A stretch of 64,000 bases of DNA from Frankiales bacterium (GTDB lineage Bacteria; Actinomycetota; Actinomycetes; Mycobacteriales; SCTD01), in contig JAOPVP010000077.1 in NCBI GenBank assembly GCA_025966135.1, positions 3,756-67,755 of the forward strand. The letters run 5' to 3'. The translations under genes were made by a program, and so were the position numbers. The notes beneath the pieces were generated by a model. That model was not told the DNA's origin. It saw nothing but the letters and a program-made list of their open reading frames with translations, and did not search any database. Of this stretch, positions 62,898-64,000 are shown in pieces (within the stretch, counting starts at the first letter, position 1; each line of letters opens with the position of its first letter).

Positions 62898-64000
62898 GTG
62901 GAAGACTTGTTCGCGCAGCTGCAGGCCCATCCGCTCCGAATCAACGACACGGGTCTCTCGCGGCACATCAATCAAATGCGACGCTCCTTTCCAGTGGTCG
63001 CCCAACACGAAGCGATGCTTCGTGTCCTCGGCTCAGGCTTCAGCTTCGCCCAAGCCCATGAGGCCACCGCCGGCTGGACGGCAGTCATCGAACTCCATCC
63101 CAGACTGCAACGGCTGTTCGGCATGTCACAGGGGCTCAGAGTCTTCTATAGCGATTATGCGGACTTGCAGTTACGGACCTTTGAGGCACTCCTCGGCGTC
63201 AAGATCACAAGGCCGCATCATCGGCATGTGTATGGCCTGTGGTCCCGGGATCCGCGGCTGGCAACCAAGCTTGACCAGTGGACGATGACGGAGCCCTACG
63301 CGATGGTGGCGCTGCCGCACGGCGACTCAGCAGAAGATGCTGCCCGCGAGTTCCTAAAGGGCCTCGTCGCGCAGCTCTCCAGACACAACCCCTACGAACG
63401 AACCAATCCCGTCAATGGCGCGGACTTCTTCGGTCGTAAAGCGCTATTGAGGGACCTGGCCGCGGAACTTCGGGAAGGCCGCGTCTGCGGGGTGTTCGGG
63501 CTTCGGAAGACTGGCAAGACCAGCCTCGTCACCGAACTAGGCCGGCAGTGGACGAAGGACGAGCCAACACAGCGAGTCTTCGTGCTCCGCGATCTCGAGA
63601 CTCTTCCAAGCGAACCATCACAACAGGTCGGACAACTGATCTCCGACCTTGCGCAGCAAATGATGCAGAAGTTCAAGGAGGTTGGCTTACGTACACACGA
63701 ACTGTCGCTCTTAGGTGACAGACCTGCAGTAGGCCAGTGGCGTCAAGCCGTCCAAGCAGGTCTCGCCCACCCCACGGGCAAAGACAAGCAGGTCGTGGTT
63801 GCCCTCGATGAGATTGAGTCGCTCGTGGGGCCCGACGCAGCCACGTCGATGGACAAGCCACAGATCGCCGAGTTCTTCGGAGCCCTCCGCTCGCTAGTCC
63901 AAGAGAACGCCAACTTCAATGTGCTCATCTCGGGAATTACGGCTACTCCGCTAAAGTTGCCCACGCTTTACGGGCGAGAGAACCCACTCTTTGCCTGGGC
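62898..64000 (+). CDS. P-loop NTPase (Arch-ATPase/AAA_16/STAND-like), 3'-truncated by the window edge
   Basis: An open frame, absent from the track, runs from the stop at 62853 to the window end with no stop codon. Walker A 'GVFGLRKTGKTSL' (63489-63527); Walker B 'VVVALDEIE' (63792-63818). An unrecognised ~190-aa N-terminal domain precedes them. Visibly lower G+C. Confidence 0.65.
   Translation, partial: MEDLFAQLQAHPLRINDTGLSRHINQMRRSFPVVAQHEAMLRVLGSGFSFAQAHEATAGWTAVIELHPRLQRLFGMSQGLRVFYSDYADLQLRTFEALLGVKITRPHHRHVYGLWSRDPRLATKLDQWTMTEPYAMVALPHGDSAEDAAREFLKGLVAQLSRHNPYERTNPVNGADFFGRKALLRDLAAELREGRVCGVFGLRKTGKTSLVTELGRQWTKDEPTQRVFVLRDLETLPSEPSQQVGQLISDLAQQMMQKFKEVGLRTHELSLLGDRPAVGQWRQAVQAGLAHPTGKDKQVVVALDEIESLVGPDAATSMDKPQIAEFFGALRSLVQENANFNVLISGITATPLKLPTLYGRENPLFAW

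Noticed and set aside
62729-63288. Track ORFs 62729..63061, 62786..62971 and 62878..63288.
   Set aside because: They are out of frame with, and overlapped by, the much longer open frame carrying Walker A/B motifs (62898 to the window end). Their translations are Ser/Arg/Cys-rich nonsense.

Overview
This is a 64-kb, densely coding, high-G+C segment (roughly 70% by eye) of actinobacterial type. I saw no rRNA, tRNA or CRISPR array. All family calls come from reading motifs in the supplied translations by eye; no searches were run.

Layout, left to right:
- **1-3.5 kb:** a GAF/ANTAR regulator, convergent with an HdeD, cNMP-binding TrxR-like reductase and UBP zinc-finger cluster.
- **3.6-11.2 kb:** a seven-gene, translationally coupled minus-strand chaperone unit: dnaK, grpE, a CbpA-like J-protein, two tandem CbpM/MerR-like genes, clpB and a lipoprotein S1C/PDZ protease.
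- **11.5-16.6 kb:** housekeeping and accessory genes (CaCA antiporter, cupredoxin lipoprotein, SDR epimerase, HTH regulator, membrane protein, folE).
- **16.6-19.8 kb:** a decayed stress locus. It holds a frameshifted ferredoxin-reductase stub, an intact lower-GC poxB, a dnaK N-terminal fragment, an ISL3 transposase tail with its terminal inverted repeat, an hsp20 stub and a stress-protein pseudogene.
- **19.9-24.9 kb:** regulators (a LuxR without an NTPase domain, and a coupled PucR-MEDS pair).
- **24.9-40.4 kb:** a block of stress/dormancy-type genes. It includes DUF1931-like, YceI, DUF308, MscS, MFS, Gfo/Idh/MocA, an internally deleted otsA remnant, a bacterioferritin-like protein and a PsiE-like protein. 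It also includes a phosphoribosyltransferase/erythromycin-esterase fusion, Ndh-2, formaldehyde dehydrogenase and an SDH Clp-fold protease. Two inverted paralogs of an uncharacterised small protein bracket most of it.
- **40.8-51.7 kb:** a ten-gene minus-strand operon with two NtaA/DszA-type flavin monooxygenases, a five-gene peptide-type ABC importer, an FAD monooxygenase, an alpha/beta hydrolase and an FMN reductase. A divergent LysR and cupin follow.
- **53.6-55.5 kb:** a TetR/MFS pair with twin palindromic operators.
- **55.7-61.5 kb:** FGE, two Tat-signal Cys-type sulfatases and a secreted DUF1254/DUF1214 protein.
- **61.7-64.0 kb:** a tyrosine integrase with a frameshifted 5' end, then a lower-GC segment opening with a P-loop (STAND/Arch-ATPase-like) NTPase cut by the window edge.

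Best candidates for something undescribed, none proven:
- the FGE/sulfatase/DUF1254-DUF1214 operon, which sits inside a larger putative sulfur-scavenging supercluster;
- the stress block bracketed by inverted paralogs;
- the integrase-linked NTPase island edge.
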